This document shows, piece by piece, positions 39,836 to 49,642 of a DNA stretch of 64,000 nt. The notes under the pieces were generated by a model, which was not told the origin of the DNA, did not search any database, and saw only the letters and a program-made list of their open reading frames with translations. The stretch is taken from IMG/VR virus record IMGVR_UViG_3300044630_004720; one strand, 5' to 3'. The stretch comes from a virus. Taxonomy: Duplodnaviria > Caudoviricetes. The translations under genes and the position numbers were made by a program. Every line of letters starts with the position of its first letter. Within the stretch, counting starts at the first letter, position 1.

Positions 39836-40207
39836 ATGATTATTAAAAATGAAATTCAATTAGAGGTAAAATATATAGACGAAACAATGGGTTTTGGTGT
39901 TTTTGCTCTTCAAGATATTGATGAAGGTATTATTGTTGAAACTTGTTATAGTATTAAAACATATAACCAAGTGTTTAATCCTTGTTTTGATTACCTTTTT
40001 AGTTTAAGTAACACGGAATCCTTATTACCTTTGGGATATGGTTCAATATATAATCATAGTTACACACCAAATATACATTGGAGAATAGTAAATATGGAAA
40101 AATCAGTCATTGAATTTTACGCACTAAAAAAAATAAGGACGGGTGATGAGTTGTGCCACAACTATGGGCAACACTATTGGAAAGTGAGGGAAAAAAAATT
40201 ATTATAA
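39836..40207 (+). CDS. SET-domain protein (Lys methyltransferase fold)
   Basis: GFGVFA..DI..G, YNHSYTPN, ALKKIRTGDELCHNYG. Confidence 0.88.
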   Translation: MIIKNEIQLEVKYIDETMGFGVFALQDIDEGIIVETCYSIKTYNQVFNPCFDYLFSLSNTESLLPLGYGSIYNHSYTPNIHWRIVNMEKSVIEFYALKKIRTGDELCHNYGQHYWKVREKKLL

Positions 40208-40230
40208 ACGAAAAACAAAATTAATTTGAT

Positions 40231-40896
40231 ATGTCAAATCTTTGGACATTTGGAGATTCGTTTACGGCGGGCGATGGATGTGTGGAAAATATACCTATTA
40301 GAGATGGTGATTTTAAATATTATAACGAATATAAACAATCAGATAGTGATATATGGCCAAACATATTAGGTGAAACTATTAGATATAACGTAAAAAATAT
40401 GGGAAAAAGTGGGGCAAGTAATGATTATATTTTAGATTCTATTATTGACAATTTCAATATGATAGAACCAGATGATGTAGTTATAATTGAAAAAACATTT
40501 TACCAAAGATTCGATGTTCCTAAATTAAATAGTAATGAATTTCACACAATATATGGTGAAGCGCTTTATATAATGGATACTGATTTAAAAAAAAATAAAT
40601 ATAATAAAGATAAATTAGAAATTGAAACAATATTAAATTATGGTGTTTTATTTTGTCAAAACTCTTTGTTTCAGGAAAGGCAGAACAAACGATTTCGATT
40701 TATTCAAACATTATTAAAATCAAACGTAAAAAAAATTTTAATTTGGGATATTGATAGTGATTTAAGAAAATCAATCGAAACAATTTCACAACATACAAAA
40801 GGTAAAATAAAGGATTATCATTTTAGCTTTAATGGTCATAAAGAATTTAGTGAACTGCTGTATAAAAAATTATTTACTAAACCCATATTAATTTAA
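40231..40896 (+). CDS. SGNH/GDSL-like protein (copy 2)
   Basis: WTFGDSFTAG, GKSGASN, DYHF. Confidence 0.6.
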   Translation: MSNLWTFGDSFTAGDGCVENIPIRDGDFKYYNEYKQSDSDIWPNILGETIRYNVKNMGKSGASNDYILDSIIDNFNMIEPDDVVIIEKTFYQRFDVPKLNSNEFHTIYGEALYIMDTDLKKNKYNKDKLEIETILNYGVLFCQNSLFQERQNKRFRFIQTLLKSNVKKILIWDIDSDLRKSIETISQHTKGKIKDYHFSFNGHKEFSELLYKKLFTKPILI

Positions 40897-40915
40897 GTGA
40901 AAAATAAGGATTGAT

Positions 40916-41413
40916 ATGATAGTACAAAGACAAATTTTTACTGAAATCGAATGTACCCAAATAATAAATTTAATAAAGGAAAATCAAAATATTTGGGAGA
41001 ATAGTGATAGGAGATATGAATCTAAGTCAATATTCTATAATGAAAAAACTAAATGGATTTTCGATAAGATGGTTAATTTTTTCCAAGAATCCACGCACCA
41101 TCAAATTTTAGAACTAAAAAAAGAAATTCATTTTCACACATACAATAAAGGCGATTGGTTCGGTAAACACAATGACACTAGAGATAGGAGAGTATACTCT
41201 GTGGGTGCATTGTTAAATTCTGATTTTGATGGAGGAGATTTTAAAATATATACCCCACAGGAAACGACATTAACTAAAAATGCAGGCAATGCGTATGTAT
41301 TTGATGTGACTTATGAACACGAAATAACAAGAATTACTAACGGAATCAAATATTCAATTATATGGTTCGTACAAGATAATCACATTAAAATTAAACAATT
41401 ATCAATTATATAA
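40916..41413 (+). CDS. 2OG-Fe(II) oxygenase
   Basis: GKHND, FDGGDF, EHEITRITNGIKYSI. Confidence 0.82.
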   Translation: MIVQRQIFTEIECTQIINLIKENQNIWENSDRRYESKSIFYNEKTKWIFDKMVNFFQESTHHQILELKKEIHFHTYNKGDWFGKHNDTRDRRVYSVGALLNSDFDGGDFKIYTPQETTLTKNAGNAYVFDVTYEHEITRITNGIKYSIIWFVQDNHIKIKQLSII

Positions 41414-41414
41414 T

Positions 41415-42665
41415 ATGTTGACCATATATGTTCACCATTTTTACACTAATTTATTATTTCAAAAATTATTTCACAATGTTAAAGACAAAGAAATTTTTGA
41501 AATAGACAATACTAATGGTGCAATAAGAGAGATTACTTTCAATTATAATAACCACAGTTTTAAAGTTATTTTTAACCCCGAAATCATTGATGATGAGGGA
41601 TTACATATTATTGATTATTTCGGTGCACTTAGACAAAGAGGACAGGGACATACGTTATTTGAAAATACTGAAATGAATGGTTCAGAATCATTTGCAGTAC
41701 TGGAGAGAATCGTTGAATTGATTGAGGATAAGAAAAATTGGATTATAACTCTTTTCAGAACAGAAAAACTTTTCATACTAAATGATAATACAAAAGTAAA
41801 ACTTGGGGGGACGGAGCAAATAGGTGAAACAGAACAAAAAATATTAAAACTATCAAACCATCAAATTTTAACTGATAGTGTTTTTATTGATGAACTTGTA
41901 AAAAATAAGTACTTAAACGTACACAATGCGTTTACCAATATAATTTTTCAATGGAATGAATTGATTAGTATTAGGTGGTTTTATGATTATAAAAACATAG
42001 CAGAAACAAATAATCCTAAATATAAATTAGGTTACAGTGTCAGGAGACATAAACCATACAGAATTAAACTAGCAAAAAGGTTATCAAAAATTGATGACAT
42101 ATTTGTTTCACAAACAAATTCAATCAACGAACCGAACTCAATGACGTACTATGAAAAAATAGATAGTATATATTTCAACGACATTGATTCAGAAATTGAC
42201 TTCCAAAACATTAGAGGTATTGATAATTTAACAATCGGACTTGATTTCTTTTTAAGAATTCTTTCAATGTATAAGTTACAAATATGTGATGAATCTTGGT
42301 CTGATAATGCTTCTAACTACACTAGTCAATATTTGAGTGAGAAAACTATCGGTTTAATATTAGCGAATGTCCCATTCATTTGTACTCATTCATATCCTTA
42401 TGATTGTTTAACTAAATTAATAGACGCCCCTAAACACCCGTTTTACGAGGAGTCTAAAAAATACCAAGGTAATGTCGACCTCTTTGTTGAATTTGTGGAA
42501 ACATTTTTAAGTGACTTCGATAGAAACTATAAATTATGTAAAGATTGGGTTGAGGAATGTCATAACATTTTTATGGATAGATTACATAACGAGAACTCAA
42601 TGCTCGATATGATTATTAATGATGAGATAAAAAGTAGAGAACAGATTAAATTTAATTTAATTTAA
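41415..42665 (+). CDS. Divergent GT10-like SEK family protein (copy 4)
   Basis: RRHKPYR, CDESW, YLSEKTIGLILANVPF. Confidence 0.4.
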   Translation: MLTIYVHHFYTNLLFQKLFHNVKDKEIFEIDNTNGAIREITFNYNNHSFKVIFNPEIIDDEGLHIIDYFGALRQRGQGHTLFENTEMNGSESFAVLERIVELIEDKKNWIITLFRTEKLFILNDNTKVKLGGTEQIGETEQKILKLSNHQILTDSVFIDELVKNKYLNVHNAFTNIIFQWNELISIRWFYDYKNIAETNNPKYKLGYSVRRHKPYRIKLAKRLSKIDDIFVSQTNSINEPNSMTYYEKIDSIYFNDIDSEIDFQNIRGIDNLTIGLDFFLRILSMYKLQICDESWSDNASNYTSQYLSEKTIGLILANVPFICTHSYPYDCLTKLIDAPKHPFYEESKKYQGNVDLFVEFVETFLSDFDRNYKLCKDWVEECHNIFMDRLHNENSMLDMIINDEIKSREQIKFNLI

Positions 42666-42671
42666 AAAATT

Positions 42672-43256
42672 GTGGTCATTAAGATATACGATAACAAAAT
42701 TTTATCGCCAGTTAAATGTGGTACAAGATACTTAGATAAAATTTGGTTGAATAAACTTGTTGAGTACACACATAATGATTACTTGAGATTTCCTAAAGTA
42801 AAATATATTATTGTTAGGTCACCATTAGAACATTTAATAACCGCACTTCATACTGAAACCGTTGGATACATAAATGAATTTGGTAAAGTAATGGATTTCT
42901 ACCACCAACTCAATGATTTTATTAGTCCAATTGGGGCAACACATTGGTCAACACAATTTTACAAATATCTTTATTATTACAGAAATAGATACGGAAGTGA
43001 TGTTGAGGTAGTTGAACTATCAAACTTAACTACCTTATTACAAAATTTAGGTTATGATTTGGAGTATAACTCGGAAGAGTATAATTTTAAAAAGTATGAA
43101 CATTGGTGGGAAAAGAACGAATTATTTGATATTTTAAAAGAAGCCTATCCCCAAGAAATCAAATGGCTTCTTGAAAAGGTAGAAGAACAAAATGTTTATT
43201 ATAATAAACTTTTAAACAATGAAACAGATAATAATCTGATTGGTAATTTAATATGA
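42672..43256 (+). CDS. Degenerate sulfotransferase-like protein
   Basis: PVKCGTRYL and IIVRSPLEHLITAL resemble PAPS-binding motifs. GTG start. Confidence 0.45.
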   Translation: MVIKIYDNKILSPVKCGTRYLDKIWLNKLVEYTHNDYLRFPKVKYIIVRSPLEHLITALHTETVGYINEFGKVMDFYHQLNDFISPIGATHWSTQFYKYLYYYRNRYGSDVEVVELSNLTTLLQNLGYDLEYNSEEYNFKKYEHWWEKNELFDILKEAYPQEIKWLLEKVEEQNVYYNKLLNNETDNNLIGNLI

Positions 43257-44026
43257 AAGCATTAAAGTTTTGGTCCAAGTCAGGATTCGATGTTGCAAGT
43301 TATAAATGGAAGTTAGAGGAAAGAAGAAATAAATCCTTTAATGGTTCTGGTTCTGATGAAAGCGGAACCAACAAGTACACCTACAACGAAATGGGGTTTA
43401 GGGGAGACTCAATATACAAAGACGGTTTTAGAATTATGTCGGTTGGTTGCTCCCATACCGAAGGTGTCGGGGTGAATGATTGGGAAACCTGGCCACACTT
43501 GTTTTCCAAATTAATACCAAATGGAGTCGATTTAAACCTTGGATTTGGTGGAAGGAGTAATGATTATGTTGCTCGAGCTATTGTGTCATTAATAGACACT
43601 ATGAGACCGAATTTGGTTAATATTATGTATACCTACCCTTCTCGTAAGGAATACTACAAATATAATGGTGATTTGGAACCATTCCATATGACACCTTGGG
43701 GATACTTTAAGGAGGATTCTGAGGGACAGGAAGAGTACAAATCGATAGCAAGAGTTACCCACGATGAGAATGATTTAATTGGATGGTACAAAAATCATTT
43801 ACTCATCACCAACTTTTTAGAGAATAGAAATATTCCATATATATGGAACGGAAGCTTCCTTATGGATGGTGAGTATACTGATAAAAATAGGTTCGATGGT
43901 GACTATGGAGACTTCAGAGAGTTTTCTGTGGATGGTAAACACGCAACCGCCAAACACAATGAGGAATACTCCAAAAAACTATATGGATTTATAAAATCCA
44001 ATTTCCCCAATTATTTACCCAAATAA
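43253..44026 (+). CDS. SGNH/GDSL-like protein (copy 3)
   Basis: SVGCSHTEG, NLGFGGRSN, DGKHA. Confidence 0.6.
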   Translation: MKALKFWSKSGFDVASYKWKLEERRNKSFNGSGSDESGTNKYTYNEMGFRGDSIYKDGFRIMSVGCSHTEGVGVNDWETWPHLFSKLIPNGVDLNLGFGGRSNDYVARAIVSLIDTMRPNLVNIMYTYPSRKEYYKYNGDLEPFHMTPWGYFKEDSEGQEEYKSIARVTHDENDLIGWYKNHLLITNFLENRNIPYIWNGSFLMDGEYTDKNRFDGDYGDFREFSVDGKHATAKHNEEYSKKLYGFIKSNFPNYLPK

Positions 44027-44081
44027 CCCGAAGTCATAAAGGACAAACAAAGTATTTATCTAAGTATAATATTATATTTAG

Positions 44082-47000
44082 ATGAAAATATTTGACGCAC
44101 ACATATCCGGGTCTTTATCCGTATCGAGCTCAGCTCACATTGAAGGGGATTTAACGGTTTTAGGTACGTTATTTGCAACTGTTAGTGGTACAACCACCAA
44201 CGCATTAACGGCCTCTGAGGCTCCGAGGTATACACTTACTTCGAGTTTTAACTCATTTACCTCTTCATATACAACAGGTTCTTTCACCGGTTCATTTATC
44301 GGTGATGGAGGTAATTTATATAATATTCCGGCTAGTGGAGTTACCGGACTTAATCTTAACAAAATAACCAGCGGGAGTGTTAGTGCGTCAATCTCTCCTG
44401 ACAGAGGTTTAGAAGTTAATACCGACTTAAATGTTGTGGGTATAATCACAGCAAAAGAAATCCACACATCAATTGTTACATCATCGGTACTTTTTGAATC
44501 GGGTTCAACAATATTCGGTAACACTTCAGATGACACTCACCAAATAACAGGTTCGGTTGGTATAACGGGTTCATTAACTTTAAATAATGACCCTGTTGTT
44601 GTTAACACCACATTTAATTCTTTCACATCAAGTGCGAATGGTAGACTAAATTCAATCGAAACCTCAACGAGTTCATTAAATAGTTTCACGTCGAGTGCTA
44701 ATGGAAGATTATCTTCAATTGAGGGAGTAACAGGTTCAATTACATTATTAAATACCTACACAGGTAGTAACAATACGGTGATTGGTACGTTACAAACGTC
44801 CACCAGTAGTTTAAATTCATTTACTTCATCTATTGATACCACAATTAAAAATAAACTTAATAGTGATAATGTAATATCTGGTTCGGCACAAGTTATAATT
44901 ACAGGAACCACAGGATATTCCAATTTTAGTTCTTCGATTGGATTTACAACAATTACAATTGAAAACAGAGTAGGTTCTTTAGAGACTGAAAGTGGAAGTA
45001 TAAGAACAGACTTCAATAGTTACACCTCATCAAACAACGGCACAAATACAACTCAAAACAATAGATTAACAGCAATAGAAACCTCTACAGGTTCACTAAA
45101 TACATTTACATCTTCTGCCAGTGGTCGTTTAAATTCACTTGAATCAACTAGTGGAGCATTAAACACGTATACATCAAGTGCGAATGGTAGACTAAATTCA
45201 ATCGAAACCTCAACAGGAAGTCTTAATTCCTTTAGTAGTTCTACATTAAGTAGTTTAACCGCGATTCATACTTCAACAGGTTCATTGAATACATTCAGTT
45301 CATCTACATTAACAAGATTAACAAATTTAGAAAGTGCTAGCTCTTCAATTAGAAGTGATTTCAATTCCTACACATCAAGCGCAAATGGTAGACTAAGTTC
45401 AATTGAAACATCAACAGGTTCATTGAACACGTTTAGTTCGTCAACATTAACGAGATTAACCGCAATTGAAACGTCAACAAGTAGTTTAAATTCATACACG
45501 AGTTCGAACACTACAAATATAAATGCCATTCATACTGCAACTGCAAGTTTGAATTCATTCTCTTCAAGTGCGGATGGTAGACTAACATCTATTGAGGGGG
45601 TAACAGGTTCAATTGCGGCGTTGAATACTTACACAGGTTCAAATAACACCGCAATCAATGCGTTAAATTCTTATACGAGTAGTAACACTACTAATATTAA
45701 TGCGATTCATACCGCAACAAGTAGTTTAAATTCATACACAAGTAGTAACACGACAAACATAAATGCTATCCATACTGCAACAAGTAGTTTAAATAGTTTT
45801 ACAAGTAGTGCTTCGGGTAGATTAACCGCGTTAGAAACTGCATCAAGTAGTTTAAATTCTTACACAAGTAGTAACACAACCGCAATTACTGCGTTGAATT
45901 CATTTACCACATCATTTAATACTGCATTTGGTTTAAGTGGTGCAAACGTTACCGTTAAAGGTAATTTAACCGTACAAGGTTCCACAACTCAAGTTGATTC
46001 GACAACTGTTAATATTGGTGATAACATTATTCAATTAAATGGTACAGGGGCAACCAATGCAGGTATTGTTGTTAGAGATGCGACATCACCAACACTTACT
46101 TCAGGTTCATTCCTTTGGGACTCAACAAATGATAAATGGGTTGCAGGTCCATTAGGTTCTGAAGACGAAGTTGTATTAAAGACAGCATCACAAGCATTAA
46201 CAAACAAAACAATTAGTGGAGGTTCTAACACATTATCAAATATTGGTAACTCTTCACTTACAAATAGTTCAATCACAATTGCGGGTACGAGTACATCATT
46301 AGGGGGTTCAATAACCGCAGCAACGATATTAACATCCACAGGTGTTTGGTCAGGTTCCGCACAATTACCATCAGGAGTTGTTAGTGGTTCTGCACAGGTA
46401 ATTGCAAATTTACCATCAGGAACTGTATCAGGTTCTTCCCAAGTACTTGCAGGGACAACAATACATTCGGGAGCGTTTTTTAATGGAATATCTGTTGTGT
46501 CTGGTTCTGGTCAAATATCTTTTAACGGAATCACTGATAAACCTACGTTGGTTTCAGGTTCTTCACAAGTATTAAACGGAAGTGGAGTTTGGTCAGGTTC
46601 CGCACAACTTCCAAGTGGAGTTGTTTCGGGTTCATCACAAATAACATTTGGTTCAATAAGTAGTATACCATCAGGACTAGTATCAGGTTCATCACAAATA
46701 ACATTTGGTTCAATAAGTAGTATACCATCAGGTTTAGTTTCAGGTTCATCTCAAATTGCAATCGCGTCAACAAGTGGGTTTGGAACATATTTGAACCAAG
46801 CTGTTTTAACAACATCAACACCAACATTTGACCAGGTTATTACAAGTAACAACGGTAATGGTACAAACTTTAGATTAGGGGACGACACTTGGATAGGTGA
46901 TATTAATGTTGCAAATACTTTTAGAGTTACGGGTCTCCAAGATGCCACACAAGGTTACATTGTATTTGGTAACAGTAACGCAACGGCATTAGGTAGAAGT

Positions 47001-48743
47001 GGTACAGGAGCATTAACATATGGTGGAAACACAATATGGCACGCAGGGAACGATGGTTCGGGTACAGGATTAGATGCGGATTTATTAGATGGTAGTCACG
47101 CATCTGCGTTCTCACCTGTGGCAGGTAGTTCATCAATAACAACTGTTGGAACAATTAGTAGTGGTACTTGGAATGGTTCTTCCATTTCAACAACATACAC
47201 AGACGCAAAAGTTACAAGTGTAAGTGCAGGTACTGGAATTAGTGTAAATGCTACGACAGGTGCTGTTACAGTGACCAACACCGGCACATTAACCGTAGCA
47301 GGAACTGCAAACCAAGTATTAATAAATGGTGGAACAGCGGCCGCTAATGGTAACATTACATTATCGTTACCACAAAGTTTAGGTACAGGTAGTTCACCAA
47401 CATTTGCCGCAATTACAGTTGGTAAATCGGGAACCGATTCAACAATTACGTTCCCCGCACAAACCAATGACCCAGGCTATATTAAACATTATGAAAGTAA
47501 TAACACCGCAATAATGTACTTTAACGTATCTGACGATACGAATGATGAGTTTCATTTTGGTTATAGTGCAGACGCTTCAACATTTAGATTAAGAGCGGAC
47601 GGTGTTGTTCTAGAGGGTACTTGGCAAGGTTCTGCAATTGGTGATTCATATATTAGTTCTGCGTCAAATTGGAATACAGCATATAATAAGAGACCATCAT
47701 CTTTAGGTTTTACAAGTTCAACTGTAACATTAACACTTGGGGATGGTTCTACCGTCACAGCATCTGTACCGACATTTAATCAGAATACAACAGGTAATGC
47801 TGGATATGCAACTACGGCAGGTGCATTAACTTCAATGAATATATCTCAGTTCACTAACAACTCAGGATATATTACCAGTTCTTCAACAATTAGTGGAGCT
47901 GCTGGTAGACTTTCAACTAGAGATTTAAGAACTATTGCACCTAACTCCGAGAATGCTGCGGAATTAAGATTTGGATTTACATCTTTCGCTAATAATAATA
48001 CATCTCCTTGGGCTGATTACTTACATCTTCGTTCGTATAGTGATGGTAGTGGTGGTGCTGACAATTTAGTGATGTTTTCAAAGAGTGGTATTGGTATGAG
48101 AATATACCAACAAACATTTGGTTCAGGGACTGCATATTCATCATACGCGGACGTACTGCATTCTTCTAATTACAACTCTTATTCACCAACCTTAACAGGT
48201 ACAGGTGCGTCTGGAACTTGGGGTATCAACATCACAGGTAATGCTGCAACACTTGGTAATATATCGGCATCAGGTTTTTGGCAAGCTAGTGGTTCTTGGG
48301 GTGCGGATTTAACATCAAATGGGTATACAAGACAGATTGGTCTCGCATACGCTGGTGGAGAATTTGTTATATTAACAAGTAGTGGACAAATTTCGACTTT
48401 AATTGACGGTTCATATTTTGCTGGTGAACAAGGAGGTTTTTACTCAATGAATACATCAAACCAATTTTCATCTAGAGTTGGTTTTAACAGAGATAGTAGT
48501 GGTAACGCATCGTTTAACGCTAGTATTGTTCCAACAACAAATGGTACTTTGAACTTAGGTTCGTCATCGGCTAGATGGAACACAGTGTTCACATCTGACT
48601 TAAGTATGTCGAATGGCATTGGTGATTATACAATTGTTGAAGGTGAAGAAGATTTATTTATTTATAATAATAAAACCAATAAGGTGTTCAAGTTCTTATT
48701 ACAAGAAGTTGACTCATCAATAGTACCGGCTAAAAAGATTTAA
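44082..48743 (+). CDS. Giant Ser/Thr-rich fibre-like protein B (paralogue of fibre A)
   Basis: Shares GSFIGDG..LYNIPASGVTGL, SGSTxFG..DDTHQ, S/T repeats, GxVSGSxQ repeats and the C-terminal module (WNTVFTSDL..YTIVEGEEDLFIYNNKT). Confidence 0.75.
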   Translation: MKIFDAHISGSLSVSSSAHIEGDLTVLGTLFATVSGTTTNALTASEAPRYTLTSSFNSFTSSYTTGSFTGSFIGDGGNLYNIPASGVTGLNLNKITSGSVSASISPDRGLEVNTDLNVVGIITAKEIHTSIVTSSVLFESGSTIFGNTSDDTHQITGSVGITGSLTLNNDPVVVNTTFNSFTSSANGRLNSIETSTSSLNSFTSSANGRLSSIEGVTGSITLLNTYTGSNNTVIGTLQTSTSSLNSFTSSIDTTIKNKLNSDNVISGSAQVIITGTTGYSNFSSSIGFTTITIENRVGSLETESGSIRTDFNSYTSSNNGTNTTQNNRLTAIETSTGSLNTFTSSASGRLNSLESTSGALNTYTSSANGRLNSIETSTGSLNSFSSSTLSSLTAIHTSTGSLNTFSSSTLTRLTNLESASSSIRSDFNSYTSSANGRLSSIETSTGSLNTFSSSTLTRLTAIETSTSSLNSYTSSNTTNINAIHTATASLNSFSSSADGRLTSIEGVTGSIAALNTYTGSNNTAINALNSYTSSNTTNINAIHTATSSLNSYTSSNTTNINAIHTATSSLNSFTSSASGRLTALETASSSLNSYTSSNTTAITALNSFTTSFNTAFGLSGANVTVKGNLTVQGSTTQVDSTTVNIGDNIIQLNGTGATNAGIVVRDATSPTLTSGSFLWDSTNDKWVAGPLGSEDEVVLKTASQALTNKTISGGSNTLSNIGNSSLTNSSITIAGTSTSLGGSITAATILTSTGVWSGSAQLPSGVVSGSAQVIANLPSGTVSGSSQVLAGTTIHSGAFFNGISVVSGSGQISFNGITDKPTLVSGSSQVLNGSGVWSGSAQLPSGVVSGSSQITFGSISSIPSGLVSGSSQITFGSISSIPSGLVSGSSQIAIASTSGFGTYLNQAVLTTSTPTFDQVITSNNGNGTNFRLGDDTWIGDINVANTFRVTGLQDATQGYIVFGNSNATALGRSGTGALTYGGNTIWHAGNDGSGTGLDADLLDGSHASAFSPVAGSSSITTVGTISSGTWNGSSISTTYTDAKVTSVSAGTGISVNATTGAVTVTNTGTLTVAGTANQVLINGGTAAANGNITLSLPQSLGTGSSPTFAAITVGKSGTDSTITFPAQTNDPGYIKHYESNNTAIMYFNVSDDTNDEFHFGYSADASTFRLRADGVVLEGTWQGSAIGDSYISSASNWNTAYNKRPSSLGFTSSTVTLTLGDGSTVTASVPTFNQNTTGNAGYATTAGALTSMNISQFTNNSGYITSSSTISGAAGRLSTRDLRTIAPNSENAAELRFGFTSFANNNTSPWADYLHLRSYSDGSGGADNLVMFSKSGIGMRIYQQTFGSGTAYSSYADVLHSSNYNSYSPTLTGTGASGTWGINITGNAATLGNISASGFWQASGSWGADLTSNGYTRQIGLAYAGGEFVILTSSGQISTLIDGSYFAGEQGGFYSMNTSNQFSSRVGFNRDSSGNASFNASIVPTTNGTLNLGSSSARWNTVFTSDLSMSNGIGDYTIVEGEEDLFIYNNKTNKVFKFLLQEVDSSIVPAKKI
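44600..45910 (+). repeat. ~21-aa S/T-rich repeats in fibre B (SLNSYTSSNTTNINAIHTATS etc.)
   Basis: Recurrent units in the translation. Boundaries are approximate. Confidence 0.8.
46629..46732 (+). repeat. Exact 47-bp direct repeat, period 57 bp (19 aa)
   Basis: ggttcatcacaaataacatttggttcaataagtagtataccatcagg at 46629 and 46686. Confidence 0.9.
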
Positions 48744-48745
48744 TT

Positions 48746-48883
48746 ATGGAAAGAATATATCATAGATTATTTGAAAATGAAGATGGTAAATGGTGTGTTG
48801 AATATACAATAATTGAAAACGCTCTTGTTGAGACTCAATGTTTTGATACAAATGAAGAAGCGGTAGAATTTTATATGAGTTAA
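48746..48883 (+). CDS. Small acidic protein, 45 aa (not in ORF track)
   Basis: MERIYHRLFENEDGKWCVEYTIIENALVETQCFDTNEEAVEFYMS fits exactly between fibre B and the next gene. Confidence 0.75.
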   Translation: MERIYHRLFENEDGKWCVEYTIIENALVETQCFDTNEEAVEFYMS

Positions 48884-48886
48884 ATT

Positions 48887-49642
48887 ATGCCGATAAATGT
48901 TAATGGTGATATTATATCATCCAGCTCATTAGGTTCGAATTCGTTAATAAATAACGTTGTACTAAATGGTTTACAATGTTACTTGGATGCCGGTGATAAA
49001 AATAGTTATCCTGGTTCAGGAAACGTTTGGTATGATTTAAGTGGGTTAGGTAAACACGCAACTTGGAACGCTACACCATCTTGGACATCGAATGGTGCAG
49101 CTTCATTTTTTTCACCATATGGTAATATGTGTAGAGGTTTAAATTCTGAAAACTACGGATTAGATAACACTACCGGATACTCAATCATATGGGCATCTCA
49201 AACAAATAATGGAGGAGCAAACGCCGTTTTTAAATTTGTTGCACCAACAAGGACACTTACAAGAGGAATTTTCGTTCACCCTGGTTGGTCTAATAACACA
49301 ATTTATTTTGACCAAGGAGGATGTTGTGATTCAGACACTAGAACAAACTATACGTTTACTTTAGGTGATATGACGAATTGGAGAATTTGGGCAGTCACAA
49401 GAAACGGTAATGATAGAAGAATCTATATGAACGGAGTTCAATATGCGAAAAACACCGCAGGGGCTGCCGACATTACGTTAGGAGGTACCCAATTATATAT
49501 TGGTGGAGATAATGACTATTCAAGTGCCACTTCATCCAATTGGGACGGTAAGTTAGCAATGTTTATGGTTTATAATAGAGGATTAAGTTCTGCTGAGATA
49601 TATCAGAATTATTTTGTACAAAAAAATAAATTTAGCATTTAA
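48887..49642 (+). CDS. LamG-like domain protein
   Basis: NGLQCYLDAGDKNSYPGSGNVWYDLSG, WRIWAVTRN, GKLAMFMVYNRGL. Confidence 0.75.
   Translation: MPINVNGDIISSSSLGSNSLINNVVLNGLQCYLDAGDKNSYPGSGNVWYDLSGLGKHATWNATPSWTSNGAASFFSPYGNMCRGLNSENYGLDNTTGYSIIWASQTNNGGANAVFKFVAPTRTLTRGIFVHPGWSNNTIYFDQGGCCDSDTRTNYTFTLGDMTNWRIWAVTRNGNDRRIYMNGVQYAKNTAGAADITLGGTQLYIGGDNDYSSATSSNWDGKLAMFMVYNRGLSSAEIYQNYFVQKNKFSI

Noticed and set aside
44135-47758. Antisense ORFs inside fibre B
   Set aside because: Same shadow effect. They are nested in a long, clearly real ORF.
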